From Burkholderiales bacterium (lineage in GTDB: Bacteria > Pseudomonadota > Gammaproteobacteria > Burkholderiales > SG8-39), in NCBI GenBank assembly GCA_035317085.1, contig DATHHS010000154.1, positions 1 through 54,067 of the forward strand: a stretch of DNA of 54,067 nucleotides. Direction: 5' to 3'. Position numbers and translations under genes: made by a program. Shown piece after piece: positions 5,187 to 14,867 of this stretch (the first letter of the stretch is position 1; each line of letters starts with the position of its first letter). The notes below the pieces were generated by a model, which was not told the origin of the DNA, did no database searches, and saw only the letters and a list, made by a program, of their open reading frames with translations.

Positions 5187-6269
5187 TTAGGCGGCAAGCC
5201 GCGAGAGCGTGTGCTCGACCGCATCGGGCGGTAAGTCCGCACGAAGAAGCGCTGCGCCCAGACGCTCCAGAAGAACGAAATGAATGCGACCCGCTTTCGC
5301 TTTCTTGTCCACCTGCATCAGTTGCCGCATGCGCTCCGGCGTGATGCCTTTGGCAGTCGTCGGAAGTCCTGCGCGCTCCAGCAACGAACGAATGCGCGCT
5401 ACGTCGGTTTCCGAAAGATAGCCGACACGCCGCGACAGATCCGCCGCCATGACCATCCCGGCCGCCACCGCTTCGCCGTGCAACCACACCCCGTAGCCGA
5501 GGCCGGTTTCGATGGCGTGTCCGAAGGTATGCCCGAAATTCAGGAGCGCGCGCACGCCGCTCTCGCGCTCGTCCCGGCCGACGATTTCGGCCTTGATCGA
5601 GATCGAGCGCACCACCGCGTGTTCGAGCGCGTCCGGATCGCGTGCCAGCAGGCGATCGAGATTCGTCTCAATCCACTCGAAGAACGCCGCGTCGCGGATC
5701 AAGCCGTGCTTGATGACTTCGGCAAGCCCGGAACGCAGTTCGCGTTCCGGCAGTGTCTCCAGAGTTTCCATGTCGGCGAGCACCAGCCGCGGCTGGTGGA
5801 AAGCGCCGATCATGTTTTTCCCGAGCGGATGATTGATCGCGGTCTTGCCCCCGACCGACGAATCGACTTGGGCGAGCAGCGTGGTCGGAATCTGTATCAG
5901 TGGCATGCCTCGCTGATAGGTGGCGGCGGCAAATCCAGCCAGATCCCCGATCACGCCGCCCCCTAGAGCAATCAATGTGGTATCCCGCGCACATCGTTGC
6001 TCGAGCAATGCGTCGAAAATCGCATTCAGCGTGCGCCAATCCTTGTGCTCCTCGCCGTCGGGAACCACGATCCGGACCACTTCGAAGCCATCGCGCGCCA
6101 ACGCTCCTGCCACCCGTTCGAGATAAAGGGCCGCGACAGTGGAATTGGTGACGACGGCGGCCTTCTTTTGGCCAAGGAAGGGCGTGATGAGGTCGCTCCG
6201 GCCAATAAGCCCGATGCCGACGTGGACCGGATATGAACGCTCCGCGAGCGCTACGCTGAGAGTTTGCAT
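5187..6269 (-). CDS. aroB: 3-dehydroquinate synthase
   Basis: [22 protein letters not shown] ... [19 protein letters not shown] ... [12 protein letters not shown] set the start at ATG 6269. The 62-aa Arg-rich extension in the track overlaps aroK. Confidence 0.9.
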   Translation of the reverse strand: MQTLSVALAERSYPVHVGIGLIGRSDLITPFLGQKKAAVVTNSTVAALYLERVAGALARDGFEVVRIVVPDGEEHKDWRTLNAIFDALLEQRCARDTTLIALGGGVIGDLAGFAAATYQRGMPLIQIPTTLLAQVDSSVGGKTAINHPLGKNMIGAFHQPRLVLADMETLETLPERELRSGLAEVIKHGLIRDAAFFEWIETNLDRLLARDPDALEHAVVRSISIKAEIVGRDERESGVRALLNFGHTFGHAIETGLGYGVWLHGEAVAAGMVMAADLSRRVGYLSETDVARIRSLLERAGLPTTAKGITPERMRQLMQVDKKAKAGRIHFVLLERLGAALLRADLPPDAVEHTLSRLAA

Positions 6270-6784
6270 GCCTCGCCGAATTTCGCCAGCACCTGACCCA
6301 GCAATGCGCCAATACCCTGGCGGCCGGTGTCGATCACCAGGTCTGCGACTTCGCGATAGAGGGGGTCGCGCAAGGCGTAGAGCGCTTCGAGCTTCTCCCG
6401 AGCCTCGCCGCCCTGCAACAACGGCCTGGACTTGTCGGTATGGGTGCGCTGCCACAACACCAAGGGTGGCGCATGCAGGTAAATAACGAAGCCGCGGGTC
6501 TTGAGCAATTCGCGGTTGCGGGGATCGAGCACCGCACCGCCCCCGGTGGCGAGCACGATGTCCTCCAGGGCGGTGACCTGTTCGATCACCTCGGCCTCAC
6601 GCTTGCGGAAGCCCGCTTCGCCTTCTATGTCGAAGATGACGGCGACCCGGACGCCGGTACGGGCCTCAATTTCGCGGTCGGAGTCGAAAAACGCCTTGCC
6701 CAGCCGTTTGGCGAGCTGGCGCCCGACGGTGGTTTTGCCAGCGCCCATCATGCCCACGAGGAAAAGCCTGTGAGTCGTCTTCAT
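6251..6784 (-). CDS. aroK: Shikimate kinase
   Basis: [28 protein letters not shown] contains the Walker A motif. The gene sits upstream of aroB with a 19-nt overlap. An alternative ATG exists at 6805. The track start at 6826 is a TTG inside the pilQ terminator. Confidence 0.85.
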   Translation of the reverse strand: MKTTHRLFLVGMMGAGKTTVGRQLAKRLGKAFFDSDREIEARTGVRVAVIFDIEGEAGFRKREAEVIEQVTALEDIVLATGGGAVLDPRNRELLKTRGFVIYLHAPPLVLWQRTHTDKSRPLLQGGEAREKLEALYALRDPLYREVADLVIDTGRQGIGALLGQVLAKFGEACKLSA

Positions 6785-6818
6785 GGAAGTATTGTAGCAA
6801 TCCATCCGCACCGAACTG

Positions 6819-6848
6819 AAAAACAAAGGGCCAGCGTAACGCTGGCCC
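6819..6848 (-). terminator. Intrinsic terminator after pilQ
   Basis: The reverse strand reads GGGCCAGCG-TTA-CGCTGGCCC followed by TTTGTTTTT. Confidence 0.6.
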
Positions 6849-6872
6849 TCGGCCGATGGGTGAACCCGCGGG

Positions 6873-9023
6873 TCAGCGCTGGCTGAGCCTCTGCTCGACG
6901 ATGCGCGGGGTAATGAACACCAAAAGCTCGGTCTTGTTGTCCGAGCGGGAATTGTTGCGGAAAAGTACGCCGAGCAGCGGGAGGTCGCCGAAAAACGGCA
7001 CCTTGGTGATAGTGGTCTGCAGAGTCTGGGTGTAGATGCCTCCGATCACCACTGTGCCACCGTTTTCTACCAGCACCTGCGTCAGAACGTGCTTAGTATC
7101 GATAGCGAAGCCGGCATTGGTACTCTGGCCCACGGAATCCTTGTTGATGTCCAGATTCATAATGACGTTGCCGTCGGGCGTGATCTGAGGCCTGACCTTG
7201 AGCGCGAGGTTCGCCTTGCGGAATGAAATCGAGGTCGCACCGCTCGAAGTCGCCTGCTGATAAGGCAATTCTGTGCCCTGTTCGATGAGCGCTTCGACGT
7301 TGTTGGCGGTCATCACCCTCGGACTCGAGATGATCTTGCCCTTGCCGTCGGCCTCCAGCGCGGAAAGTTCAAGCTGAAGAGCCCCGGTGAGTTTATTAGT
7401 GATCAGCAATGCGATGGAACCCGCTGCCGCAGCATTTCCAACCGGGGCCGCCGGCAGGTTGACGCTCAGGTTATCCGGGGTCTTGGTCGTTATCTGTCCT
7501 CCTCCCGCCGGAAATAGATTGGGCAGGTCGGCAAGTGTTCCGGTTTGCGTTACGGCCACACCCGTGACATTGCCACCTATGGGACTCGGTCCGCTGCTAT
7601 TGCCGCTTTGCGCGAGCGGCAGCGACACATTCCCCATCCGCACCCCTAGATTTTTCGAGAAACTGTCGTTGGCTTCAACGATACGCGCCTCGATCAGCAC
7701 CTGCTGTACCGGAACGTCGACCTGAGTCAGCAATTTTCGTACTTCCTCCAGTCGAACACCGACGTCCTGTACAAACACCTGATTGGTGCGAAGATCGACC
7801 GAAGCAGCACCGCGCTTGGAAAGGATACGTTGCAGCGGATCGGCGAGAAGCTTCGCGAAGGCATCGGCCTTGGCGTAATTGAGCTGGAAGGTTTCGGTGC
7901 GCAGGGGTTCCAGCTCCGTGATTTGCGCCGTAGACTCGAGCGCGAGCTTCTCCTTCGTGGCGAGCTCGTCGCGCGGCGCGATCCAGATCACGTTACCGTT
8001 CTTGCGCATGTCCAGGCCCCGGGTCTGCAGGATGATGTCGAGGGCCTGGTCCCAGGGCACATCCTTCAGGCGCAGCGTGAGGTTTCCTCCCACCGAGTCG
8101 CTGGTGATGATGTTCAGATCGGTGAAGTCCGCGATGACGTTCAGTACGCTCCTCACTTCGACGTTCTGGAAGTTGAGCGAAAGCTTTTCACCCGTATAGC
8201 CGCTACGCGTGCCCTGCACGAGCTTGTTCGGATCGTACTGGATCGGCTTTACCTCGAGCACGAACTGGGTGTCGGTCTGGTAGGCGTTGTGTTCCCACAA
8301 CCCGCGCGGTTCGATCACCATGCGCACGTTGTCGCCCTGCGGAAAAACGCTCAGGGTCTGGACCGGGGTTGCGAAGTCAACCACGTCGTAGCGTTTGCGC
8401 AGCGTTTCGGGGACGCTGGTCTTGAGAAAATCAACGATTACAGTCTGCCCCTGTTGGCGGATGTCCACCCCGGTGGACGTATCGGATAACTCAACGACGA
8501 TTCGGCCTTCGCCGCCGCTGCCGCGCCGGAAGTTAATGTCCCTGAGGGCGTGCTGGACGTCAGACCTGCCTTCCGCGAAACGCGCGGAGCCGCCGCCCGC
8601 AGCCTGCCGTGCAAACCCCGAGGTAGCGGCTGCCAGAGTCACCAACAAGTTGTTTCCCTCGATCTTGGATTCGTACGAAACCATGTTGCGCAGGTTGAGC
8701 ACCAGGCGGGTGCGTTCGCCCGCTTGCACTACGTTCATCGAGCGCAGCACCCCCTCGCCTATATCCTGGCTGGTGCGCCCGAGGCCATTGGAGGTATCGG
8801 GAAAATCGAATGCGATCCGGGCAGGATTGGCTATGGTAAAGCTGCCCGGAGCAGCCGGGATGGGACTCTTGAAGCTTACCCGTACCAGGACTTGTCCACC
8901 GCTCTGAGTGACGTCGAAGTTCTCGATGCTGTTCTGCTGAGCCTCGGCAAGAGACGCGAACAGGAGCAAACCGAATGTGCCAATAGATGCTTGAATGAAT
9001 CTTCGCACCAGGACGTTACTCAT
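6873..9023 (-). CDS. pilQ: Type IV pilus secretin PilQ
   Basis: The product is 716 aa with a signal peptide, N-terminal AMIN-like repeats and a C-terminal secretin domain ([41 protein letters not shown]). It is the last gene of pilMNOPQ. Confidence 0.95.
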   Translation of the reverse strand: MSNVLVRRFIQASIGTFGLLLFASLAEAQQNSIENFDVTQSGGQVLVRVSFKSPIPAAPGSFTIANPARIAFDFPDTSNGLGRTSQDIGEGVLRSMNVVQAGERTRLVLNLRNMVSYESKIEGNNLLVTLAAATSGFARQAAGGGSARFAEGRSDVQHALRDINFRRGSGGEGRIVVELSDTSTGVDIRQQGQTVIVDFLKTSVPETLRKRYDVVDFATPVQTLSVFPQGDNVRMVIEPRGLWEHNAYQTDTQFVLEVKPIQYDPNKLVQGTRSGYTGEKLSLNFQNVEVRSVLNVIADFTDLNIITSDSVGGNLTLRLKDVPWDQALDIILQTRGLDMRKNGNVIWIAPRDELATKEKLALESTAQITELEPLRTETFQLNYAKADAFAKLLADPLQRILSKRGAASVDLRTNQVFVQDVGVRLEEVRKLLTQVDVPVQQVLIEARIVEANDSFSKNLGVRMGNVSLPLAQSGNSSGPSPIGGNVTGVAVTQTGTLADLPNLFPAGGGQITTKTPDNLSVNLPAAPVGNAAAAGSIALLITNKLTGALQLELSALEADGKGKIISSPRVMTANNVEALIEQGTELPYQQATSSGATSISFRKANLALKVRPQITPDGNVIMNLDINKDSVGQSTNAGFAIDTKHVLTQVLVENGGTVVIGGIYTQTLQTTITKVPFFGDLPLLGVLFRNNSRSDNKTELLVFITPRIVEQRLSQR

Positions 9024-9550
9024 TATCTGCCTCCTCCGACTTCCTGCAATTGCAACGTGCTCTGGCGCTCCGTCCAGTCGCCGACGGCATCCTGGATGAG
9101 CTCACGCAACTGGACCTGGCTTTCGGTAATCGTCGTGATGAGACCGAAATTCTGACCCACGTAGTTGCCGACTTTTACGCGGTAGAGACCCGCATCGGCT
9201 TTGATCAAGGCAAAGTTCGCCTTCTTCTGCTGCAGCACGCCGACCATTCTCAGCGACTCCAATGGAAAAGCTTCCAGCGGTTCCTTCGGCCGATTGAGAT
9301 CGGGCTTGAGTCCGCCCCCGCCGGTGCTCGCCGACTTTGTGACGAGCTCGATCTTCGCGCTGCTGAAGGGGTCACCCTGATCGAACGCCGTGTAGGGGAC
9401 GGGCTCATAGGGCTTTACGACGGGCAGCGGATCTATCCGACCGCGAAGATCCTTGGTTTTGTCCTTGAGCTCCGCCTTGAGGTCACCAAATTCCTCGCCG
9501 CCACACGAGACGAGCAGCAGACCGAGCACGACGACCAGGACCGGCCTCAT
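9023..9550 (-). CDS. pilP: Type IV pilus assembly lipoprotein PilP
   Basis: It has a lipobox LLVSCGG, the expected size, and a position between pilO and pilQ. Its stop overlaps the pilQ start by 1 nt. Confidence 0.85.
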   Translation of the reverse strand: MRPVLVVVLGLLLVSCGGEEFGDLKAELKDKTKDLRGRIDPLPVVKPYEPVPYTAFDQGDPFSSAKIELVTKSASTGGGGLKPDLNRPKEPLEAFPLESLRMVGVLQQKKANFALIKADAGLYRVKVGNYVGQNFGLITTITESQVQLRELIQDAVGDWTERQSTLQLQEVGGGR

Positions 9551-10185
9551 TTCCTGCCTGCCTTCGCCGTCTTCGAAGCCCTGCTCTGGGCCGCCACCTC
9601 TTCATCGTCCAGATAGCGGAATGTCTTGGCCGTCACGTCCATCACAAGAGAACCGTCCTTATTCCCGGTCAGAGCGATGTCGTTCAGCGTTACGATCCGT
9701 GAGAGCTGGCCGATATCGCTCGCAAACTGCCCCATGTCGTGGTAGTTGCCGCTGAGTTTGAGCGTCACCGGAAGCTCGGCGTAGAACTCGCGCCTGGTCT
9801 CCGCTGGAGCCGGCTTGAACAGATCGAATTGCAGCCCGCGGCCGAGTCCCGCCTGATTGATATCCACGAGCAGCGCATCCATTTGCGACCGGTTGGGAAG
9901 CTGCCTCAGAAGAGCCCCGAAGGAGCTGTCGATTTCACGCAGTTGCTGACGGTAGAGATCGAGATTGATCGCCTGTTGTTGCTTGGCGACATAATCGTCC
10001 TTGAGCTTTACCTCTTGGGCGCGTCCGGCATCAAGCGAATCCATCTCCTCCTGCCAGTCAAGGAAGTAGCCCAGGACAACAATGCCGACCAAGACCACAA
10101 CCAACAACATCGCCTTGGGTAGCGGCGGCCAGGCGCCTGGATCGCGCGTATTGAGATTCTTGAACTGATCGAGCAACTGCTTCAT
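9547..10185 (-). CDS. pilO: Type IV pilus assembly protein PilO
   Basis: It has a single N-terminal TM segment, a coiled-coil region, and the conserved operon position. Confidence 0.85.
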   Translation of the reverse strand: MKQLLDQFKNLNTRDPGAWPPLPKAMLLVVVLVGIVVLGYFLDWQEEMDSLDAGRAQEVKLKDDYVAKQQQAINLDLYRQQLREIDSSFGALLRQLPNRSQMDALLVDINQAGLGRGLQFDLFKPAPAETRREFYAELPVTLKLSGNYHDMGQFASDIGQLSRIVTLNDIALTGNKDGSLVMDVTAKTFRYLDDEEVAAQSRASKTAKAGRK

Positions 10186-10193
10186 TGGGTTCT

Positions 10194-10796
10194 CTAGCCT
10201 TTTGCCGCAGCCGCTTTAGGTGCGGTCTTGCCGGATTTGGCGGCATCTTCAGTCTGGAGCCGCTTGAGACTGACATTCATGTTGAATTCCGATACGCGCT
10301 TGTTGTTTACGATCGCCGCCTTGATCTCGACAAGGTCGGGATTCTCAAGATAAGGCGACGCGGCGAAATTACGCATCAGAGTCGAGACACGGGCATTGGA
10401 TTGCGAATAGCCCGTCATGTTGATTTTCAAGCCGGTTTGCTTGATCGACCTGAGATACACACCGTCGGGCACTTGCTGGACCAGCTCCTGCAGCAGGTAG
10501 ACGGCCTGGGCTCGGTCTGCTTGCAGCCGCTCGATGATCTGTTTGCGGGCAAGCAGGGCCGCGATCTCGGTCTTGAGCTTCTTGATCTCTTCGATTTCCT
10601 TGTCGAGCCGGACGTTTTCCTTCTTCAGAAACTCGTTGCGACTGCTCTGCTCCGAGATGTACCCGGCGATCGTCAGGTGCACCGCTCCGACAATCAAAAG
10701 TCCCAGCACCGCAACCATACCTCCCACCACGCCAAGATGCTGGCGCTGGGCCTTGCGGCGCGCCTCGCGCCACGGTAAAAGATTGACGCGGATCAC
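10194..10796 (-). CDS. pilN: Type IV pilus assembly protein PilN
   Basis: MIRVNLLPWREARR is the PilN/fimbrial assembly N-terminal motif. A TM segment follows, and the operon position fits. Confidence 0.85.
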   Translation of the reverse strand: MIRVNLLPWREARRKAQRQHLGVVGGMVAVLGLLIVGAVHLTIAGYISEQSSRNEFLKKENVRLDKEIEEIKKLKTEIAALLARKQIIERLQADRAQAVYLLQELVQQVPDGVYLRSIKQTGLKINMTGYSQSNARVSTLMRNFAASPYLENPDLVEIKAAIVNNKRVSEFNMNVSLKRLQTEDAAKSGKTAPKAAAAKG

Positions 10797-11878
10797 GGAT
10801 CAAATCTCCGCATGGCGAGGCCGCACGCAACCATGAGCGACGGCGCGTCCGCCACGAGTTTCTTCAGTTGAACGCGCGGCGAAATCGCCATGTTGGCAAA
10901 GGGATTCGCGACGAGCGCGTTGATCTGAGTGCGACTCTGCACCATCTCATCCAGCCCCGGGATCACTGCGGAGCCCCCGGTGAGCAGGACGTGCTCCACT
11001 GAGGTGTATTGGGTCGATGTGAAGAAAAACTGCACTGCCCGCTGGATTTCCAGCGCTGCGTTTTCCATGAAAGGCCGCAACACCTCAGATTCGTAGTTTT
11101 CCGGAAGGCCGCCGGAACGTTTGGCTGCTTCGGCTTCTTCCAGGCTCATCCCGTATACACGCATGATGTCCTGCGTGAGCTGGCTGCCGCCGAACGCCTG
11201 CTCGCGCGTGTAGACGGTCTGCTCGTTGCGCAATACCGTGATGTTCATGACGTTCGCGCCCAGGTCGACCAGGGCGATGTTCTGGTCTTTGCCATGCTCC
11301 GGGAACTGCTGCTGGATCAGTTCAAACGAAGACTGGACCGCGTAGGACTCTACGTCCATGACTACCGCCTTGAGCCCCGAGGCCTCGGCTACCGCCACCC
11401 GGTCCTCGACTTTCTCCTTGCGGGAAGCGGCAATCAGCACTTCAACCTCCTCCGGCCCGGAAGGAGACGGTCCGATCACCTGGAAATCGAGATTGACTTC
11501 GTCCAGCGCAAACGGAATATATTGATTGGCCTCGGTCTCTACTTGGATTTCCAACTCTTCGTCACGCAACCCCGCCGGCACAATGATCTTCTTGGTGATC
11601 ACCGCGGCCGAAGGCAGTGCCAAGGCCACGTTTTTCGTGCGCGTCGCCATCCTCTTCCACCCGCGCTGAGTGGCATCGACCACTGCATCGAGGTTGGTGA
11701 TGTTGCCGTCCAGGACCGCGTCCTTGGGCAGGGCTTCGATGGCATAGCGCTCCACCCGGGGAGCTCCTTTCCCTGCGTCGGTGAGCTCCACCAGCTTCAC
11801 CGAGGACGAAGAGATGTCCATCCCGAACAGCGGCGGGGTCTTCGCCCTAAAAATATCCATATCAAAGGTGAGCTTCAA
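10793..11878 (-). CDS. pilM: Type IV pilus assembly ATPase-fold protein PilM
   Basis: FGMDISSSSVKLVEL shows the actin-like fold. The TTG start at 11878 has an AAGGAG SD 9 nt upstream. Confidence 0.9.
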   Translation of the reverse strand: MKLTFDMDIFRAKTPPLFGMDISSSSVKLVELTDAGKGAPRVERYAIEALPKDAVLDGNITNLDAVVDATQRGWKRMATRTKNVALALPSAAVITKKIIVPAGLRDEELEIQVETEANQYIPFALDEVNLDFQVIGPSPSGPEEVEVLIAASRKEKVEDRVAVAEASGLKAVVMDVESYAVQSSFELIQQQFPEHGKDQNIALVDLGANVMNITVLRNEQTVYTREQAFGGSQLTQDIMRVYGMSLEEAEAAKRSGGLPENYESEVLRPFMENAALEIQRAVQFFFTSTQYTSVEHVLLTGGSAVIPGLDEMVQSRTQINALVANPFANMAISPRVQLKKLVADAPSLMVACGLAMRRFDP

Positions 11879-12058
11879 CCCGAATTTCTCCTTCAGGTAT
11901 CGCCTGTTAGGCGCGATTGGTATAATTTACGTTAAATGCTAGCAACAACTCCCCACCCTGTAAAGTAAATTATTTACGCTAGATATTAATAACTTATGCC
12001 GAACTTACGTCCCCCCCGCTTATCTATAATGGGCGACCTTTTTTGGGACATCCCCTGA
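11879..12058. promoter_or_regulatory. AT-rich divergent control region between pilM and mrcA
   Basis: It contains an extended -10 TGGTATAAT at 11918-11926 and a second TATAAT at 12025-12030 on the + strand. The -35 elements are poor. Confidence 0.3.
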
Positions 12059-14359
12059 ATGTGGCTTCGATGGTTCGCCTTCCCGGCACTGGCGTTGGCT
12101 GGGCTGGCGGTGGTGGGTCTGGCGCTGGCCGGTTTCGTCATCCTCCTTGCCTATCCTAACCTTCCCTCGATCGAGGCACTCACCGCATACCAGCCCAAAA
12201 TCCCGCTGCGGGTCTACACCGCCGATGGTGTTCTGATCGGGGAATTTGGCGAGGAACGCCGTTCGGTCGTCCGAATCGAGGAAATTCCTCCTCTGATGAA
12301 ACAGGCGATCCTCGCAGCCGAAGACGAGCGTTTCTACCAGCACACCGGGGTCGACTACCACGGGGTGCTGCGGGCGGCCTACTCCAACCTGGTGACCGGC
12401 GGCAAAACGCAAGGCGCGTCCACGATCACCATGCAGGTCGCGCGAAATTTCTTTCTTTCCCGCGAAAAGACGCTCACGCGCAAGCTATATGAGGCGCTGC
12501 TCGCGTTCAAGATTGAAAACAGTCTGACCAAAGACCAGATCCTGGAGATCTACGTCAATCAGATCTACCTGGGCCAGCGCGCCTACGGATTCGGCACCGC
12601 GGCGCAAGTCTATTTTGGCAAGACGCTTTCCCAGTTGAATACTGCGGAGATCGCGATGCTTGCCGGGCTGCCGAAAGCACCGTCGTCTTTCAACCCGGTG
12701 ATCAATCCGAAGCGCGCCAAACAACGCCAGCTCTATGTGCTGCGGCGCATGCGCGAACTCGCGCTCCTTGACGACGGGCAATACGAGGAGGCGCAAGCGG
12801 TTCAGATCAATGTCAAGCGGGAGACAGCTACCGGGTACGAGATTCACGCCGAGTTTGTCGCCGAGATGGTCCGTCAGCTGCTCTACGAACGCTATCCGGA
12901 GGATATCTATTCACGCGGATTTCGTGTTTACACCACGATTACGCGAACCGATCAGGAGGCCGCTTACGAGGCCTTGCGCCAGGGCGTTCTCGAGTACGAT
13001 CGGCGCCACGGCTACCGCGGCCCGGAAGGTTTCGTCGACCTCAAGGACGCGCAGGAAGAGGACTACGAAGAGGCGCTGCAGGATCATAGCGACAGCGACG
13101 ACATGCTCGCGGCGCTGGTCCTGGAGGCGACACCGAAACGCGTAAAGGCCTATCGGCGCGGAGGAGAATCCGTGACCATTGCCGGGGAGGGGCTCAAGTT
13201 CGCCGAACGCATGCTAGATCCTCGAACGCCCCAGATGCGCAGGATCCGCCGTGGTGCCGTGATCCGCATTCAGAAGGACGTCAAGGACGACTGGCAGATC
13301 GTGCAACTGCCTGAAGTCGAGGGAGCCTTCATCTCCGTCAATCCCCAGGACGGCGCCGTGCGCTCGCTCGTCGGCGGTTTCGACTTCAACCGAAGCCAGT
13401 ACAACCACGTGACCCAGGCTTGGCGCCAACCCGGCTCGGGTATCAAACCTTTCATCTACTCGTCGGCACTGGAGAAGGGGTTTACGTCAGCCACCGTCAT
13501 CAATGACGCGCCCGTTGTGGTCGATGCTGCCCTGACCGGGGGACAAGTATGGGAACCGAAGAACTATGACGGCCGGTACGAGGGGCCGATGAGCCTGCGA
13601 ATGGCCCTTGCCAAGTCGAAGAACATGGTGTCGATCCGTGTTTTGCAGGCGATTGGCCCACAATATGCGCAGGATTACATCACGCGTTTCGGCTTCGATG
13701 CCGACCGGCACCCGCCTTATCTCACCATGGCGCTCGGAGCGGGCTCGGCCACGCCCCTGCAGATGGCGCGCGCGTTTTCGGTATTCGCCACCGGGGGATA
13801 CCGCACGGAGCCTTACGTGATTCAGAAGATCGTCGACGATCGCGGAAACGTGCTCGCAGAAGCGCAGCCGGCTCGGGCCGGCGATGAGTCCTTGCGAGTC
13901 ATCGACGCCCGCAACGCCTTCATCATGGATAGCATGATGCACGACGTTATGCGCTATGGAACCGGAGCGCGCGCCATGGCGCTCGGGCGCACGGATCTTG
14001 CCGGCAAGAGCGGCACCACGAACGACTACATCGATGCCTGGTTCAGCGGCTATCAACCTACGTTGGTGAGCATCGCCTGGCTAGGCTTTGACCAGCCGAA
14101 AAAACTCGGCCCCGGGGAGACTGGGTCGGTTGCAGCGTTGCCGATCTGGATGAGTTACATGGCCAAGGCGCTGAAGGGCGCGCCTGAAATGTTCCAGCGC
14201 AATCCCGAGGGTATCGTTACGGCCAAAGTCAACGAAAACGGACTTCAGTCCCCCGATGGAAGACCGGAGTTCTTCTTTCGCGAGAATGTACCGCCCGAGC
14301 AGGGTCCGGTGGATCCCGGAGTACGCACCGCCGAGGACGTCAAGAACCAGTTATTCTGA
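12059..14359 (+). CDS. mrcA: Penicillin-binding protein 1A (bifunctional transglycosylase/transpeptidase)
   Basis: The GT51 motif AAEDERFYQHTGVD is present. The transpeptidase motifs are SGIK (SxxK), SKN and KSGTT. The gene is divergent from pilM, as in many proteobacteria. Confidence 0.95.
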   Translation: MWLRWFAFPALALAGLAVVGLALAGFVILLAYPNLPSIEALTAYQPKIPLRVYTADGVLIGEFGEERRSVVRIEEIPPLMKQAILAAEDERFYQHTGVDYHGVLRAAYSNLVTGGKTQGASTITMQVARNFFLSREKTLTRKLYEALLAFKIENSLTKDQILEIYVNQIYLGQRAYGFGTAAQVYFGKTLSQLNTAEIAMLAGLPKAPSSFNPVINPKRAKQRQLYVLRRMRELALLDDGQYEEAQAVQINVKRETATGYEIHAEFVAEMVRQLLYERYPEDIYSRGFRVYTTITRTDQEAAYEALRQGVLEYDRRHGYRGPEGFVDLKDAQEEDYEEALQDHSDSDDMLAALVLEATPKRVKAYRRGGESVTIAGEGLKFAERMLDPRTPQMRRIRRGAVIRIQKDVKDDWQIVQLPEVEGAFISVNPQDGAVRSLVGGFDFNRSQYNHVTQAWRQPGSGIKPFIYSSALEKGFTSATVINDAPVVVDAALTGGQVWEPKNYDGRYEGPMSLRMALAKSKNMVSIRVLQAIGPQYAQDYITRFGFDADRHPPYLTMALGAGSATPLQMARAFSVFATGGYRTEPYVIQKIVDDRGNVLAEAQPARAGDESLRVIDARNAFIMDSMMHDVMRYGTGARAMALGRTDLAGKSGTTNDYIDAWFSGYQPTLVSIAWLGFDQPKKLGPGETGSVAALPIWMSYMAKALKGAPEMFQRNPEGIVTAKVNENGLQSPDGRPEFFFRENVPPEQGPVDPGVRTAEDVKNQLF

Positions 14360-14379
14360 ACTCGATGTCCGCCCGCTAG

Positions 14380-14700
14380 TCAGCGCAGTACGACGGGGTG
14401 ACCCGACTGTTCGCTCACCAGCTTCGAAAGCGCAGCCAGAAGCTCGCCGCCTTCGCGGGAGTCGACCCAGGCTGAGCCATTCCAGCGGAAATGGTAGCCT
14501 CCCGCCTTAGCGGCAACCCAGATTTCCTGCGCAGCCGCGTGACGGTTGACGATAATTCGGCTGCCGTCGGTAAATTCGAGTTGGAGCACTCCCGAACCTT
14601 TCGGTTCACAGTCGCAATCGGCCGCGCTTTCCTCAAGCGCCTGCGCAATCCGCTCGAGCATCGTATCGGTCAGGCTTTCGAACTCGCTTGGGTTCATCAC
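14380..14700 (-). CDS. cyaY: Frataxin-like iron donor CyaY
   Basis: The product is 106 aa: FESLTDTMLERIAQALE ... GVLQLEFTDGSRIIVNRHAAAQEIWVAAKAGGYHF. Confidence 0.9.
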   Translation of the reverse strand: MMNPSEFESLTDTMLERIAQALEESAADCDCEPKGSGVLQLEFTDGSRIIVNRHAAAQEIWVAAKAGGYHFRWNGSAWVDSREGGELLAALSKLVSEQSGHPVVLR

Positions 14701-14738
14701 CGTGCTAGACTAAATGGTATTTAACTATCGGCTTCGCC

Positions 14739-14867
14739 ATGCGCCGCGCCGTTGGTTTCATTCTCCTGCTCCTCACCCTGTCGGCCTGCGGCAACAAGGC
14801 GGGCCTCTACCTTCCTTCGTCGGAGAAGGATCCGCGGCAGGATAACAAGTCCACGCCGCGCCAGTGA
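14739..14867 (+). CDS. lptM: LptM/YifL-like micro-lipoprotein, 42 aa (not in the ORF track)
   Basis: My translation is MRRAVGFILLLLTLSACGNKAGLYLPSSEKDPRQDNKSTPRQ. The lipobox is LSAC, and CGNKAGLYLP matches E. coli YifL CGLKGPLYFP. It occupies the conserved slot next to cyaY. Its stop overlaps the lysA GTG by 4 nt. Confidence 0.7.
   Translation: MRRAVGFILLLLTLSACGNKAGLYLPSSEKDPRQDNKSTPRQ

Noticed and set aside
11879-12058. Repeated TTTACG-containing segments in the pilM-mrcA spacer, considered as a possible mobile-element scar.
   Set aside because: The repeats are short and imperfect. The region is better explained as an AT-rich divergent promoter region conserved between ponA and pilM.
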